DNA of 63,629 nt from Catajapyx aquilonaris (Eukaryota), in NCBI GenBank assembly GCA_000934665.2, contig JYFJ02002068.1, positions 1 through 63,629 on the forward strand, given 5' to 3'. Under the pieces are notes generated by a model. That model did not search any database. It saw nothing but the letters and a program-made list of their open reading frames with translations, and was not told where the DNA came from. The position numbers and the translations under genes are program-made. This document shows, piece after piece, positions 1-13,640 of the stretch; the stretch's first letter is position 1; the number at the start of each line of letters is the position of its first letter.

Positions 1-3000
1 ATTTTAGCCACGCATGCGTCTTCATTTACGCCCGGTGTATCCTGCTTTGAAACAACGCTGCGGTCTCTGCAATAAATATTACTTCCTGACGTCCTATCAG
101 CTGAACACAAATCATGTTTTAAGTCTCGGCACATACGTACCTCCAAGGCTAGAATTAGCCAAGTGAAACACATGCAGTTAATCACTCATTAATTAGCTAC
201 CGCTTGTGTATAGCGTACGTTCAGAGCAATCGTGTGTATTTGCGCGCAAATCGATTCATCGCCATATTTCTTTCCTTTGGGAGAAAAAAAGTGTGATTTT
301 TATCCCTCCCCTCCCATGAAAAAAAAAAAATCGTACTGGACAAGTATTTTGGCTGCCACTGGCACGTGACGAGAATTTATTGCTGGAGAGATAAACTCCG
401 AGAATGCTTCGAGACGGTTTGTTATCAATTGTCAAAAGGGGGACTGAAAGCACACACAAAAAAGGAGTGTTATCGTCAAACAATCCCAAGTGTTGTGTCA
501 ATCTTACCACAAGAAAAGAACACCCGGTTGATCGAAGGGTGTATATACCAAACCTCAATTAATTTTGACACTGACATATCTGTGTGATCTGTACACATCG
601 TACCTTTTACGATAGTTTCCATCGAATTTACTGCATTTCTGGCCTTGTACTGTAGTTGTATAAAAAATAGGGGTCGATTTTTCGTCCCACTGCTAGTAGC
701 CTAGATAATTATAAAACGCGTTGTTGTTAGCATACCTAGGAAGCAACGAAAAATATACCCCCCAACATTTTAAGAGCGACCTTTTGCTCCAGACCTCGTC
801 TAATGTAATAGCCATCGAGCACCCAAAAAAAGGCCCTTTCCCCCCAACCACATTCAAGAATAAAGCTGACCGCAACTACAGTCGCACGCGTTGCCGCAAA
901 AGCAGGCAGAAATTCAACGTAATAATCAGAGTTAGGTCCGCAAAAGCGGCGGTCAAAACTCGGGGTCCTTTTCCGGCACAGCAAAATGCACCATTAGCGC
1001 CTCGTTTTTTTCGTGTCGTCTGTATAGTTAGAGAGGAAAGTTTGTGTGCGGTTGTGTAGTAAAGTCCCACGTGGGAGAGACCACTATCGTAAGAGAAGTT
1101 GTGGAATCCCAGCGACTGTCAGGAAGAAAAAAGAAAAGGACTTGGGGTGGGAGATGGGGGGGGGGGGGGNGGGCAAAAGCTGCGAATTTATCTCTCTGAT
1201 CCACTTTTCTCTTCATCAATCTGAGGGGGGGCCAAACGGAAAAGTCTGGAGCAGTAGAGAAGAGTTGGGGGCTCTCTCTCTACTTGAATTCGGGAAGGAA
1301 CTCGTTTTCAGTCTTCGATCGCACTCTCTCCAATCACAGGGAAGCAAATGTGGCTGACGCCCTGGCTGCTGCTACTGCAATCAGAAAGGAAGGCTTCTTC
1401 TTCTTCTTCTTCTTCTGGAGTGAAAAAAAAGAGAAAGAAAAGAAGGTGGTGGAGCACAAATTCTTCCCCTGAGCCTAAAATGAGGCTCCATCTCGTGTCA
1501 CTTTGCGAATTGTGTAGTGACGAGTTGGGGGCACGGGATTCGCAATCATGCCAGGATGGACTCGGGGCACAGATCACTCTCCCTTTCATCTTGGATGGGA
1601 GAGGCAGGCTGATGGGAGAGATAAAAAAATATATCCAGAGAGCACACAGGTGCTGACTTTAACTTTGATCCGGCAGCATATCTACTCTGCTGATGGGGGG
1701 ATGTGAATAAGGTGCACAGCCTCTAGAGGCTCTAGAGGCACAGTGTAGCTTCGGCAGGGTGCTCGAATTGCATGAGAATGTCAGAAGAACATGTGTTCAT
1801 GTAAAGTTGGTCAATGAGATAGATTTTGCAGCATATAGCCCGGAAAAGTGCACACTTGGGTGAATCTAGTGGGGGGAAATAAAAGGCTTCGTTATGTATA
1901 GATCCTCTCTGTAATTTTTAGTCGACATGAAGACAATGGGAGACCAGATGAAAAAGGCCATTGTGTGGGCACGAAAAAATTAGAAAAATTCGCCCCGGAA
2001 TGTACACTTGGCGCACTGTACTGATACAAACTGAATAGAAAACGAGCCGCAATTGTTTAAAAATTTCTGCAGCTACTGAAAAATATTAAACCCTGCATGA
2101 ATAGTATATAGAAATAGTGCAGAGTTAAACAATAGTCATTCCATGTGCATAGTTAGCATAAGTCCAACGCAGCTCTCTCTCTTTTTTTTATATATAGCTT
2201 GGTTGTAAGGGGATTCAGTTACACAGCAGCACACGTGATGCTCAAGTGCGTGCTGGACTCAATTTACAAGTAGGCTTGTGTGCCAGATATGAAACACGCC
2301 ATGCCATGCCACTGCCACTGGAAACTGTTTGCCTTCTCATGCACCTCTTTTTTTTAAAAAAAGTGCATCCAGCAGTAGGTGCGTATGGTGGGCTTCCAAA
2401 TAATGAACTGCCTTAATGAAAGTAAAACAAGGCCTTTGCAACTGCGAGAGAGCAGTTGCATGGTGTGGGGGGTCTAGTCTTTTGTTGCTAATTGCGCAGT
2501 AAATCCGGTCGAGTTAAAAGTTAACCCGATGTGCGGTCATCATTATTTGAGCGACGCCGGATTAAATGCTAAGTGACTGCTCCATTCGAGGGACGACTCG
2601 CTTTTAATGGACAAAAGTGTTTGGGAAGCGGCCATTGCCTCTCGTTTTATTGGCCATTAATGGACCCTTTTCAGAGCCAACAGGAAAGAGCAAGTTAGAT
2701 ACACACAGTTGCATGCGGATGCCCCGTATATTTTGATTTTTTTTAAAAAAATTAATAAGTTTGAAAACCCCCCAGAAAATGTGACCCTCGGGTAAGGCTG
2801 TGACGAGACCCCTTACTTTTTTTCCCAATCTGGTTCCTTCTCTACGAGGCAAGGGGAGAGAATTATGGTTTCATCTGCATGGGATCAAAATTCACCCCCT
2901 ACTCTTGGGATATTTGGAATAGAGTTGGAAATAAGAGGGCAGGAGTCGTCATTAGAGTGGATGGGGGGGTGGAAAAAAAAAGCTGAAGAAAATCTCTGGG

Positions 3001-4249
3001 AAATGAGCAGTGGGATTTCTTTCCATCCAGCAAACCATACACCCAGGGATTTTTTCTATCTCTATAACCTGATATGCCGGAGAGTTTTTCTTCCGTCTCA
3101 TTAGCAGCAGTATTAGTCCCGGGCATGAAGTGGCTAATTGGAGGCCCGCAGTTTTGACTGGCTAGTGGCCCCCCTGAGGCCAGGTGACTTATCGTGTTCT
3201 GACCCTGACTCTGGATCGCATTACCCCCCGAAACCCGAAACATGCTCGTGCTTCCGGCACTGCGCAATTTATGCCAAAGAATATTCTGGACCAGGTTGAT
3301 GGAATCGCCACGAGCCAGACGCCGGCAAAAGAGCGAATCGAAAGTTGCCTCCTTAAAACTTAGATATGACCAACACTGTACGACACTGTATACAGTTGAA
3401 CTGGAAGCTACAGACAGAAGTTTTCGGGGGGTGATTTGAAGGTGTCCGGTAGTGACAAAGTGCGATGCATAACTGATACTTGATAATGGGGTTTCCTGTA
3501 GGAAGTGCGTCTCCAAGTTGAGTGCAAACATCATGCAATCCGTTGAGATGATTAAAACGTGTACAGTGCAGCAGCAGCAGAGTCGGCGTCGTCGTCGTCG
3601 TCGGAAGCAGGATTTATTGCCCCAGCGTTTAACGCAAGCCATTAGAACTTTATATGAAAAGTACCCCTCGCCGACTTAACATTGCAGATTTTCGCTGGAG
3701 GCTCCGGTTCAGCGCCTGGAAAAACCAGGATTTGCCATCCACACACCAAAGCACACTCCTTTTTTTCCCCCCTACAGTCCACATTCGAAGCACTGTGGAG
3801 ACGCACTCTGCAAACAATCCAACATGATGTATAGTATAATACAAAAGAGGACGGGTAAAAAAAAGTCATTGTCCGCCCATTTGACCGAAAGTACTTGCTT
3901 TTTTTTAAAAAAAAAATGTGATTGGTGAGGCCGTCTGGAGTATATTCCTAACCTGGAATATATAGTCTTTTGCTGGAGAGAATCCGGCTTCTCTCTCTCT
4001 GTTAAAGCCCTGCCCGGGGAATCCGGCAAATCCGAGCTACAAATTTGAACCGAATGTCGTCAAATCTCCTCCCCTTGCCCCCCTCCCTTCCCCTCCTGCC
4101 GACCGCAAAAGCAAGAGACATTTCATTTTGGCGTCTTTATACGGAAAGGGCGGGTCTCCATTGGACGTCATCCAAGAAGTCCACATGGTGCTCTCCAGAG
4201 AGAGAGACGGGAAGGGTCTACATTTATACTAGTAGTAGTAGCCCTGGCT

Positions 4250-4575
4250 CTATATATTTCGGGAGGGGGTTATAGACCCTGGGATGAGTGACGGGTGAGA
4301 GGTAGAGGTAAAGGGCTGGCGGCTGGCTGCGGGTACCAAGTCATTTGTACAGGTCACTTGTACTAATTGCAAGGAGAGGGAAGCGCCGTTGGGCGATTAT
4401 GAAGGCACAATTAGCGCCTTGGAATTACTAAATTACGGGACGATTAGTTTACCAAATTAACTGAGGCCTAAAGGGAGCTTTTGGAGTCCTTGCTGCTGCT
4501 TCTGCTGGGGGTCCTCTTTCCTCGCTGAAGAAGCGTCAACAGGTTTTGGCCCAGGGAAGCAGCATCAGACGAGAG
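4250..4575 (+). other. Possible non-coding 5' exon with promoter-like upstream sequence
   Basis: Consensus-like donor GAG|gtaagg (GT at 4576), a TATA-like TATATAT near 4251 and GAGA tracts upstream. The start coordinate is a guess. Confidence 0.3.
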
Positions 4576-6047
4576 GTAAGGACACTATTTGTCCCGAGGC
4601 CAATAATAATTACGCAGCTAGACTTGCCTGTCAAGCGGTTGCCGCCGAGGGCCACGCCACAAAGACTTTGACTCGTTTCCGAACCGCGCCAAACTCATTA
4701 CCCTGCAGAAACTGCACTTAGTTTACCCAATTACCTCGATCGTTTTTTTGAGCCATCCTGTACTATAACACGTAAAAAGATTGTCGCACTGTGTCCGCGA
4801 CTTTTAGTTTACCCCTCCTGCCGCAAGGGTCGGATACGACGGTGTTTGGAGGAGGCCAATCCAAACAGCGTCGTCCGGCAACGCCCCTTGCGGCAGGAGT
4901 GTAAACAAAAAGTCGCGGACTCAGTGAGACAATCTTTTTGTGTGTTATAGTACCTACCTTTTTTTTTTGGACCTGACAGTACTTTGGAGGCATAATTTGG
5001 TGCGAGCAGACCGTGAATGGGTGGAAGGGGAGAGAGAGAGAGAGAAAAAAAGAGAGAGAATGGGAGGGTGAGTGAGCAGCTGTCGAGCTGGGGTAAAATT
5101 CCGAGTAGGTTGCGTCGACAGGCGACGATGAAGACCTGAGTGAATAGCCGCAAGCTATTCCATGCGGGCTCCAATCGTTCTCTAGGGTACAGGCACCATC
5201 ACTATACCCAGGTACTGCACCCCCCTCGAAATCATATAGCACCAGCGTATATAGGATAACCGCTGCAACTTTTGTGCTCGCGGGACTCCAATCCGCGAAA
5301 TAGGTCACTTCTCTCCGAGGTAGAAATGGAGAGAAGTTCCCCATCTCTCCGTGGGTTTTTGGAGCCAGACTTTCCCTGGATATTTTATGAAACTCAACTC
5401 CGCCTGGATTTTACTCCAAGCGCTTGGGCTGTTTCCCAACTTCTATCGCACTGTTTTTCTGTGTATATAAAGCGGGTTTTTTTTTTGGTTGTTGTTGATC
5501 GAAACGATGGTCAACCCATGGTTGTGTATAGTGTGGCGACCGTTTTTTTAGCTCCTCCTAACCCAAAAGCATCCTCTTAACAGGCTTATTCTATTAAGGG
5601 GAGTGCTGGCAGCGTCACTGAGACCAGGCCTAGTTATGTGTGTAGTTCCTTCCCATTTGCACAGTTTGCTCTAACTTGCTTAGAGTTGACGCCGGCCTGG
5701 TTGGCCTCTCTCGTCAAGGATTGCGGGACCCCGAAAGCGAAACAACCAACTTGCATCAAAGGTTGCCTCGTCACGGCAGGCAGGAACTATAGAACAAGCG
5801 GCGGGCTAAGGGTTAAAAGGAGAATCATGCACCCGTTTTGCCTCCGTCTCTCCCCCCACTTTGCATCGCAATCGCTTTATCTACATCCTTAATAAGCTTA
5901 CGTGCACCTGGTTTTTAGCCCCAGGCTGTAGCCATTTTGGCCCAGCTGCGGCCTGGACCCAACAGATGGCAGGGACGCATCTGGAACAGGCCTGCCATCT
6001 ACCGCTTATTTTTTTAAAAAAAACAACACGGTGACGACAATCCCTTA

Positions 6048-6301
6048 CTAGTGGCAGACTTGTTACAAAATTTTAGCAACATTTGGACGTATAGTTGGCG
6101 CATACTCTGCACACTACTGCCACTCTCAGGGAGAAAGTAGTACTACATGCACGTTGGTGATGAGTCACCGCGCGGACAAATCCCACCAGCATCACCCGCC
6201 TCCATTAAAGTGGGTCCCATACTCTCTGAACGGAAACTATGACTACATATGAGTCAACACGGACATATAAGCAGACGGAGAGAACAAGGGGATTAGTACG
6301 A
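6048..6301 (-). mobile_element. Non-autonomous Helitron-like element, copy A (both termini present)
   Basis: On the - strand it begins A|TCGTACTAATCCCC and ends CTAG|T (AT target, no TSD). An imperfect hairpin TGTTGCTAAAATTTTGTAACA lies 8 nt before the CTAG. The core AGTAGTACTACATGCACGTTGGTGATGAGTCAC recurs in other copies in the window. Confidence 0.7.
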
Positions 6302-9300
6302 TTCGTCTATAGCGTCTGCAGCCGCAAATTCAGGGAAATGCCTGTCAAAACTCTGACGCAGATTGCATTTGGAGTGTGTTGACACAAAACGGCTCTCCCA
6401 GGAGCATAAACGTTGTTAAGGTTTCACAATTAAGGGCAGGGGGGCTTTTTGTTGTGCAGAAATTAATTGGGGGGGCTAGAACAATTAGCATGGCATTATT
6501 TTCATTAAATGTTACAAGTTGGGCAAACAGGAGTGGGGGGGAGAGGTTTGCAGGATAGTGATTGACACACGGCTGTGAAATGGCCAATCCCACTATTTAA
6601 TTTTTGAATTAGTGTAATACCTTGTGTAAAGTGACATGTTTGGTGTGACCGCATATTTGGCTGGAAATTGGTGTGCGCGCCAGTCGGAATGGACTGTGAG
6701 TGATATGTGTTTTAGGTCATGTCTGGCACTCAACCCCCGCTGCCTGTCACTGACCTGGAAAATCATTTCCAATGCCGCTCACCCCAACGTAAATGTTAAA
6801 CATTTTGTTGAGAAAAATATACACGCATGTTTACAACATAAAATGCAAATTTTCAGTCATGTACGTACGTAGTGTTTAAAAATAATTGGCTTTTCGCAAT
6901 ATGAGACTATGATGGAGCGAAAATTCACAATTTTTGGAGGGGCGGTTCGGATATTTTTTTGTGTGTGGGTCCGAAATGGAGTCAGCAGGTGGGTTGTGTT
7001 TTTTGGCTGCCAGTCACGACGCTTGCCGGATTCCAAATTGACAATGTGACGTCGCATAATGTGCCCAATTCTGCCTCCCCGAGTTATTTTCTGCTTAGCC
7101 AGATTTTCATTTAGATGAACACAATCATCCGCTACTCGGCCTCTGCATGCTGCGCTATATTCGCAATTTTTTTTTGATGGATGCTGCTGTTTCCAAAAAA
7201 AAACGATTTTTGCGACCTCGTTAATTGCACTTTTATTTCACGGGATAAACTCTGCTGGGTTGGGATAATTTTAATCATTGCGCCAGCGGATAGTTATCTT
7301 CGGGATCTGATGTGAGCTGACATTTATATCGGGTGGCCATCATTGTTTCAGCCCCGGTCATTTAAAAAAAATGTATACAATCGAATTATTTGAAAATATG
7401 TACACCGCCGCTTCGATCAAAGGGAACAGCAAACAGGGATGGACAATGGTAACTAGGTTACGCTGCGGGATTTATGTGCTTGCGCATTAACTTTAGATTA
7501 CACACATTTACAAAAATAATTATGCCCCGATGAATAATCGGCACCCGAATGCAAATCGTCCCAAACCAATGAATAACTCCATCAACAATGTGTCAGCAAC
7601 ACGCGCGCTCTAAAAAAAATTGCATTTATTTTTTTTCTCTCTCTAATCAACCATGCGCATATAGATCATCCCTTTCGAAGCACCCTGTATGTATATTTGG
7701 TTTTTCTTTTTGTCAATCTTCCAGGCTCCAGAGAGACAGAGCGAATCAGTGATTAGAACCGCAATTGATTAGACTTTATCAGCACAAATAACTGGGCTAG
7801 ATGTTGATCTCTCGGCACAGGGTTCGCTCTACATCCCCATTTCAATATCGATTCGGTTAGCTTCTGTCGTGGTTGCCAAATGGGAGGAGGTTAGGGGGAG
7901 GGGGGTGCTAGAATGGTTCCTAAGGGGGGGGGGGGGNTGGTCCAGCACCAACCTGGGGAGGGAAAATAATTTTTTTAGGAAGAGGAAAAAAAAAGAAAAG
8001 GATGTGGTCGGAAGTGTTAGATTAGGAAGAGAGATCCGTGAACGCACACGTGAACACGGAATATTCGCGAGATTAGAAAAGACGATTCGGCGAGCAATGG
8101 TTGGCAGTGGCATCCTGGCCCAATTGATTTTCCAACCCCCATTATTCACGTACCCAGAGAGAGGCAGGGAGGCCTTCTCTCTCATGCCGACAAAGTAGAG
8201 CTATCTCCAACTCAGCTTTTTTATGCACCCAAGTCTGCATTACATCTCAATTTCGGCGTCTCTCCAAACAATATTGGCAACACTGGTTAGGATTTTTTTT
8301 TAAAAAAGGACACAATCGTCTCAGAAAATGAGGAAGAATTTTGCTGCGATTTGTCCGGCCAAATGGAGCTGTCATCATCATTTGATGCGTGCCTTTATGC
8401 GGCTGTCATGTTTTCTGCGATGCTGGGGACTTTTCCCCGAGTTGCTTTGCGTCGACTGGACGTCCCGAGAGCGTCGTCGCTAATCCAGGAACCCGCACCG
8501 TCCATGCTTTATGGACGAATAAATCTGTCCAGGTTCCTCCACCACCCAGCAGCATACTTTTTTTTTCTTTCCCCAAAAAAACCCAACCCGCAACCACCCG
8601 CGGGGATCACTTTTACGCCCAGTACTAAATGCAGGAATGAGGGTCGCCGTCGCTGGCGTCGGATTTAAGGTCCGGAGCGTCTCGTAAATTTGCTTATTGT
8701 CCTCGTAATTAAAAGAGCGGCCGTCCACAGACGCAATGAGCATATTATTCCAAGCATGTTTTTTAGGAGCAAAGGTTTTAATGCCGTTATGTTTTATATG
8801 CTGATCCCATTTTGGACCGCGTAAACAACGTTGTTGTTGTAATCGAATATGCACTGCTGGTATCGATCATATGCAATTTGGAATGCGTGCACCATTGGCT
8901 GGCTGCAGTAAACGACTACAAATTGCGTAGATTTCGGCGTCCCTTCGGTGGGTCCTCTGGCTTTTGAGGTGCCGGCTGGCGGACTTGATGATTGTAGGAA
9001 CATCTGCCTTCCAAAGGCACTGTGTAAGCTCATTTCCTGGATGTGTAATTAAGGGGGTCCGGGGCTTCAGGTAAGGCCAGGTCCGTGCAAATACCGCCTC
9101 TCATCTCCTAGATTGCCCCCCCTCTTTCGGATAGAGAGGAAAAAAGGGGTGGGTCGGAAGGAACCAGGACTCATTAATGTTATGACCTTTTGCCCCGGGC
9201 CATTGCTTTTTTTCCCCCCTCGAAGGCACGCGCTTGGAGCCCCAAACTTTGCACGCATATAATTGCCCAGCCAGCCGATCATCGACTAAACATGCATTCA

Positions 9301-9575
9301 AATCGCCTGCTTAGTTAAGACGCCCGCTTGCCTGCTCCGAAATGGCGCCTTTTTAAAAAAAAATAATTCGCAAACTTTCGGAGCGGAGCTGGTCATTTAA
9401 TTACGTGGTTGACTATGCCAAGATGTAGCGATGGAGGCTAATGAGCAGGATGGAGAAAAAAAGTGTTCCCATGAAAGCTGTTGGAGGAAATACACGTGTC
9501 CTCTTCAATTTCACGGACAATTTGATAGTTAATTAATGTGCGTGTTGTCTAACTGCTTTTTCTATTTCTTTACAG

Positions 9576-9606
9576 GTGTAATCCAAGGCGGATATGGCGC
9601 GTGAAG
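9576..9606 (+). other. 31-nt internal exon (5' UTR exon, or short coding start MARE, phase 1)
   Basis: Branch point CTAAC at 9549-9553, polypyrimidine tract, TTTACAG| acceptor, and AAG|gtaaga donor. ATG at 9594 gives ATG GCG CGT GAA G. Confidence 0.65.
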
Positions 9607-12378
9607 GTAAGACATACACTATATGCAAAATAAGACGAGTGAAGCCTCATTGGGCCAACTGCACTGTAGAGCGTTTATAGGATTTAAGAAGCGTCTAGCA
9701 GGCTTCAAATTCCATTACCGGAACGCTGATGCATACTGTAGACGCGGCACTCGATTAATTGCCTGGGGGGCGCTCTTTTTGTCCTCCAGAGGAAGGATTA
9801 CCATCATGCGCAGTCAATGATCCGCAATCAACTTCTGATGGGTATATGATGCTTAAGACTTGTTGCCATGTTACATGTGAAGACGAACATTTCGGTTGAA
9901 TATAGAGGAATGCGAGCGTTCCTTCGAGTCGTGACCTGTCAACTGGGACTCAACCCTGCCACGCTGCAGTGACATGACCTCGAGGACAAAAAAAAGGGCG
10001 CTGCAGAAAATGCGCTTACATTCTTCCAGCTGTCAAGCCCTAGGCCGCGCCGGATGAATCTGTAAAAATGTAATCTGCTTCGCGAATTTATATTTGGCGT
10101 GAAATCCTACAACAATGTCCCCCGTATTCTGTTGGTGGATCCAGAGGCCTTACACGAGAAGGGGGGGGGGATATAGAGTGGCGGCATTCATTATGGCCCG
10201 GCGGAGTGTACAGTGCGGTGGCGGGATTGGCCTGTACACACCCAATTATACACGGCGCTTGCTTTGTATGAACATCATGCTCGTCCCACATGCCATAGTT
10301 GACTCGCCAAATTCCTCATCCGTGAACAGCTCTCATCATCTTTCGCTCGCAGCAGCCTCAAACCAAGAGGACCGGAGAGGAGCCCGGTTTTCCACCACGG
10401 GGAGGGTTTTTTTTAATATAAAAAAAGAATCTCCTAAAGGCAAAAAGGCTGCAAGTTGTGCATCATCGCTGCAGGGATGCAAATTTGGAGGATGAAAAAA
10501 AAGAGCGAGTGCTAAAGAGGTTGGGCCATTAATTCTCATGTGCTTTGTCCGTGCTCAGAAACTCTTCTTCCGGATTTGCCATATCTCGCTCCCGAGAGTT
10601 TACGCAGGGTTGGCCGCAAACGATCATCTCCAAGCCTGCAAAAATTATACTGCCTCGTCTGTAATAAAAAAAAGAGTATACACACACAAAGGGTATTGCG
10701 CTCTCGGGGGAGGGCGATGACGTTTTGCGTTGTACTCTTGAAAGAGGATTAGGTTGGTAGGGAAGGCCGTGCGAGTGCGAGGCCACAAATACGTGTAAGT
10801 GGGTGCAAGTGCTGGAAGGGGTGCTAGGGCACCCCCCAGGGTCAAACCCTCGCCAAAGTGCAGGATTAGCCCCGACAAAATGTTCGGCAGCAGCAGAAGA
10901 GTGCCGGGCAAATCTCTTCCACCTGATGTGCTGCTGCTCTGCCCCCCTCACCACCCATCCACACATTGGCCCCCCGCTCTGTGTCCATCAAAGCTTTCAC
11001 TCAGATTACAAAGTTAAACCTATGATTACAACAAGTCCAAAGAGTATAATGTGTCCCAGCATGTGAGCTCCCCGAGCGTCATTGGAATAAACGAGCGAAA
11101 AGCTTCCATTCGTGTAGCTGTTATCCCAAGTAGCTGCTAAGCCATCGTGTTGGGGGCCACACCCGAAATATCCTGCGCGAATAAAGGGCACGTGCATTCC
11201 CTGGCAGGCATCGCAATAATAATTTACAGGCTCATTACTGCAAGACAAAGGAATGTTTGAGTAGGTCTGCTTGAACTAGGGGAGCTTTTGTTCCCACCCC
11301 TAGAGAAGAGAGCGAGGTATATGGACCTGTGCACAGAAAGTCAAGAGCCAGCTCGGGATACTCGATATTCCAACAGAACCAAGGCATACATAATAAGGCT
11401 GCAAGATGAGTACTTTTTAGTCAGGCCCAATCGGAAGCGTGCTTGGTGCAGGGCGTGGTCAGCATTTATAACCCGACTCTATAAAAACCTTGGCCCCAAT
11501 GCCCGAGGTTGAACCTTGTGTACCTGGCCAGCACTCAGACAGCCTCTCCAGACCTCTTCACCGGTCACGAGTTCGAGGGTTAAAGCTCTCTCCCCCCTGG
11601 TACCCTTCTATTCATCCACTTATTGGCGAAATCGCAAAATCCCCGCCACCTTCTCCTGGTAACTATACTTACAGCCCGCGGCCCTAAGAGAGATAATAAC
11701 TGGAGCAGGGAGGGTTGCAGACCCGCACCGAAAAGCGAGAAAAGGGGGAGGCAAAAAGTGAAGAGATTTGGTGTTGAATGGCTGCCTTGGCTGGGGGAGA
11801 AAGGCATTTCATTAGTGCCCCTACCCCCATGCTGCTCTTATCATTCCAACGACATTTTTCCTCTCATGTCGCTGGCAACCGTAGACAACCCACTACACAG
11901 ACTGCAAGTACTTCAGAAAGGCACACGTGTCTCTAGCAACCGAAGAGCAACAACAGTCACACAAAACAACTCACGATGACCCCTGGAAGATTAAACCGAG
12001 TTCCCGCAGCTTGTTTGGGGTATACATTACGCAGAATTCTGTTTGCGAAAATTAATCCGGAAACAAAACAAAAGGCTGGGCTCCCGAAATTGTTGGGAGA
12101 CGGAAGAATAAGCTCGGGTTGAATCAAGCGTGGTGTTTATTTGATTCGGGGCCGACCTGTAAACAGCCGGCTTTTATTGACATGCCCCGCGACGGTTCAC
12201 TCACCCGAGAGAGAGAGAGGCCCGGGCACAAATTAGGAGTTTAATGGGGCTTTGTCATGCACCTGCAGACTTTGCCTTCCGTGAATGCATTCATATCACA
12301 AAGTATGGGGGGGACTTCATCCTGTGGCACAGAAAATGTCGCCTATTCTTCCATTTGGTCCACCTGGCTCAGTGGAAG

Positions 12379-12743
12379 TTAGGTTAGGATAGGTTACCCA
12401 ACCTAACCTCACCTATTCTGATCTAACCTGACATATTCTAACCTATTCTAACCTAACCTAACCGCACCTATTCTGATCTAACCTGACCTATTCTAACCGA
12501 TTCTAACCTATTCTAACCTAACCTAACCTAGGTTAGGATAGGTTATGATAGGTTACCTAACCTAACCGCACCTATTCTGATCTAACCTGACCTATTCTAA
12601 CCTATTCTAACCTAACCTAACCTAGGTTAGGATAGGTTAGGATAGGTTACCTAACCTAACCGCACCTATTCTGATCTAACCTGACCTATTCTAACCTATT
12701 CTAACCTAACCTAACATAGCATAGCATAGGTTAGGGTAACCTA
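12379..12743. repeat. TTAGG/CCTAA-derived complex minisatellite with strand switches
   Basis: 5-bp periodic CCTAA variants. ACCTATTCTGATCTAACCTGA recurs at about 12411, 12466, 12570 and 12664, interspersed with inverted GGTTAGGATAGGTTA blocks. Confidence 0.9.
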
Positions 12744-13538
12744 CATGATGTTAGGGCGACTTTGTTGCTTACTGGCATTAATGCACTAATGCAATACTCC
12801 AGCTCGCATTAAAAAGAGGAGGCCAGAGGCTGGTGCTGCATCGGATTTGTACAGATCAGATTATCCTAGGACACTGGGAATAGTAATTTGCTGCTTCCGC
12901 GCCCGTAATTCCCCCACTGGCGTTATTGGGAGAGCAGGCAGGGCCACTCACTGCATGAGCAGATTGATTCTGGTGTGCTCGCATGTACAACCAGTGCATT
13001 TTGCAAACGTTGTACAGAGACCCCGGATTTCATTCCTATACCTGATGGGCCTATAGCGGCAGCAAAGCAAAAAAGAGAAGCCAGAAAAAGAGAGATAGAA
13101 AAATGTTGGGATTATTTTTCAGGGGAGAATACTCGGCGAACACATTTTCAGTGTTAAGGCCCTTAAATCTTGGCGCGAAGCTGCGATAAGGAAACAGGCG
13201 ACGGGGAGGGGGGAAGGGGGGGGGGGAGGGGGAAAGGTTTGCCTGGCTGCCAAGACAGCCAAACCAGGAGACTTATACCAGCATTTTCTAATTCGGTTTC
13301 TCTCCTTTTTCCCCAGCAGCAAGCACAGCTTTTCTTTTTCTTTTTCCCCTCTTCTTCTTCTTCCCCTCCTGGGTCTTTCCTAGAGGGGAATAAATCATAT
13401 TAGGCTATACAGAGAGACATTAATTTTTAAAGAGTGAGTTGGGATGCTTGGCATCTGTGGGGGAAGGCGAGAATGCATCAAATATGCACTCGACTCGTGT
13501 GGAGTTGACCAATCGAAAAGCAACCAACGCCGGATAAA

Positions 13539-13640
13539 TCTTTCTCCTAATAGGCTTATTCTCTCCGTCTGATGTTTGTCCGACCTGACAGTATCGCTAT
13601 CTCTCACACGGTGGCAGGAGTGGGCAGAGTGCGCCATCTA
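13539..13640 (+). mobile_element. Degenerate, internally deleted Helitron-like family fragment (copy E)
   Basis: A|TC...CTAATAGGCTTATTCTCTCCGTCTG matches the 5' end of copies A and D. GTGGCAGGAGTGGGCAGAGTGCGCCATCTA matches their interior, in the opposite orientation. Confidence 0.5.

Noticed and set aside
1155..1175. Long poly-G runs containing N (also at 7937 and 30184)
   Set aside because: Ambiguous bases in homopolymers reflect sequencing or assembly uncertainty. Such runs are frequent throughout the window and are not locally informative.
9061..9076. TTCAG|GTAAGG as a recursive splice site
   Set aside because: Preceded by G-rich sequence rather than a pyrimidine tract. At most an ordinary donor with an undefined exon.
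12379..12743. Regularly spaced repeats (also 25085-26205) as a possible CRISPR array
   Set aside because: There are no unique spacers, the units are internally periodic, the context is eukaryotic and no cas genes are present.
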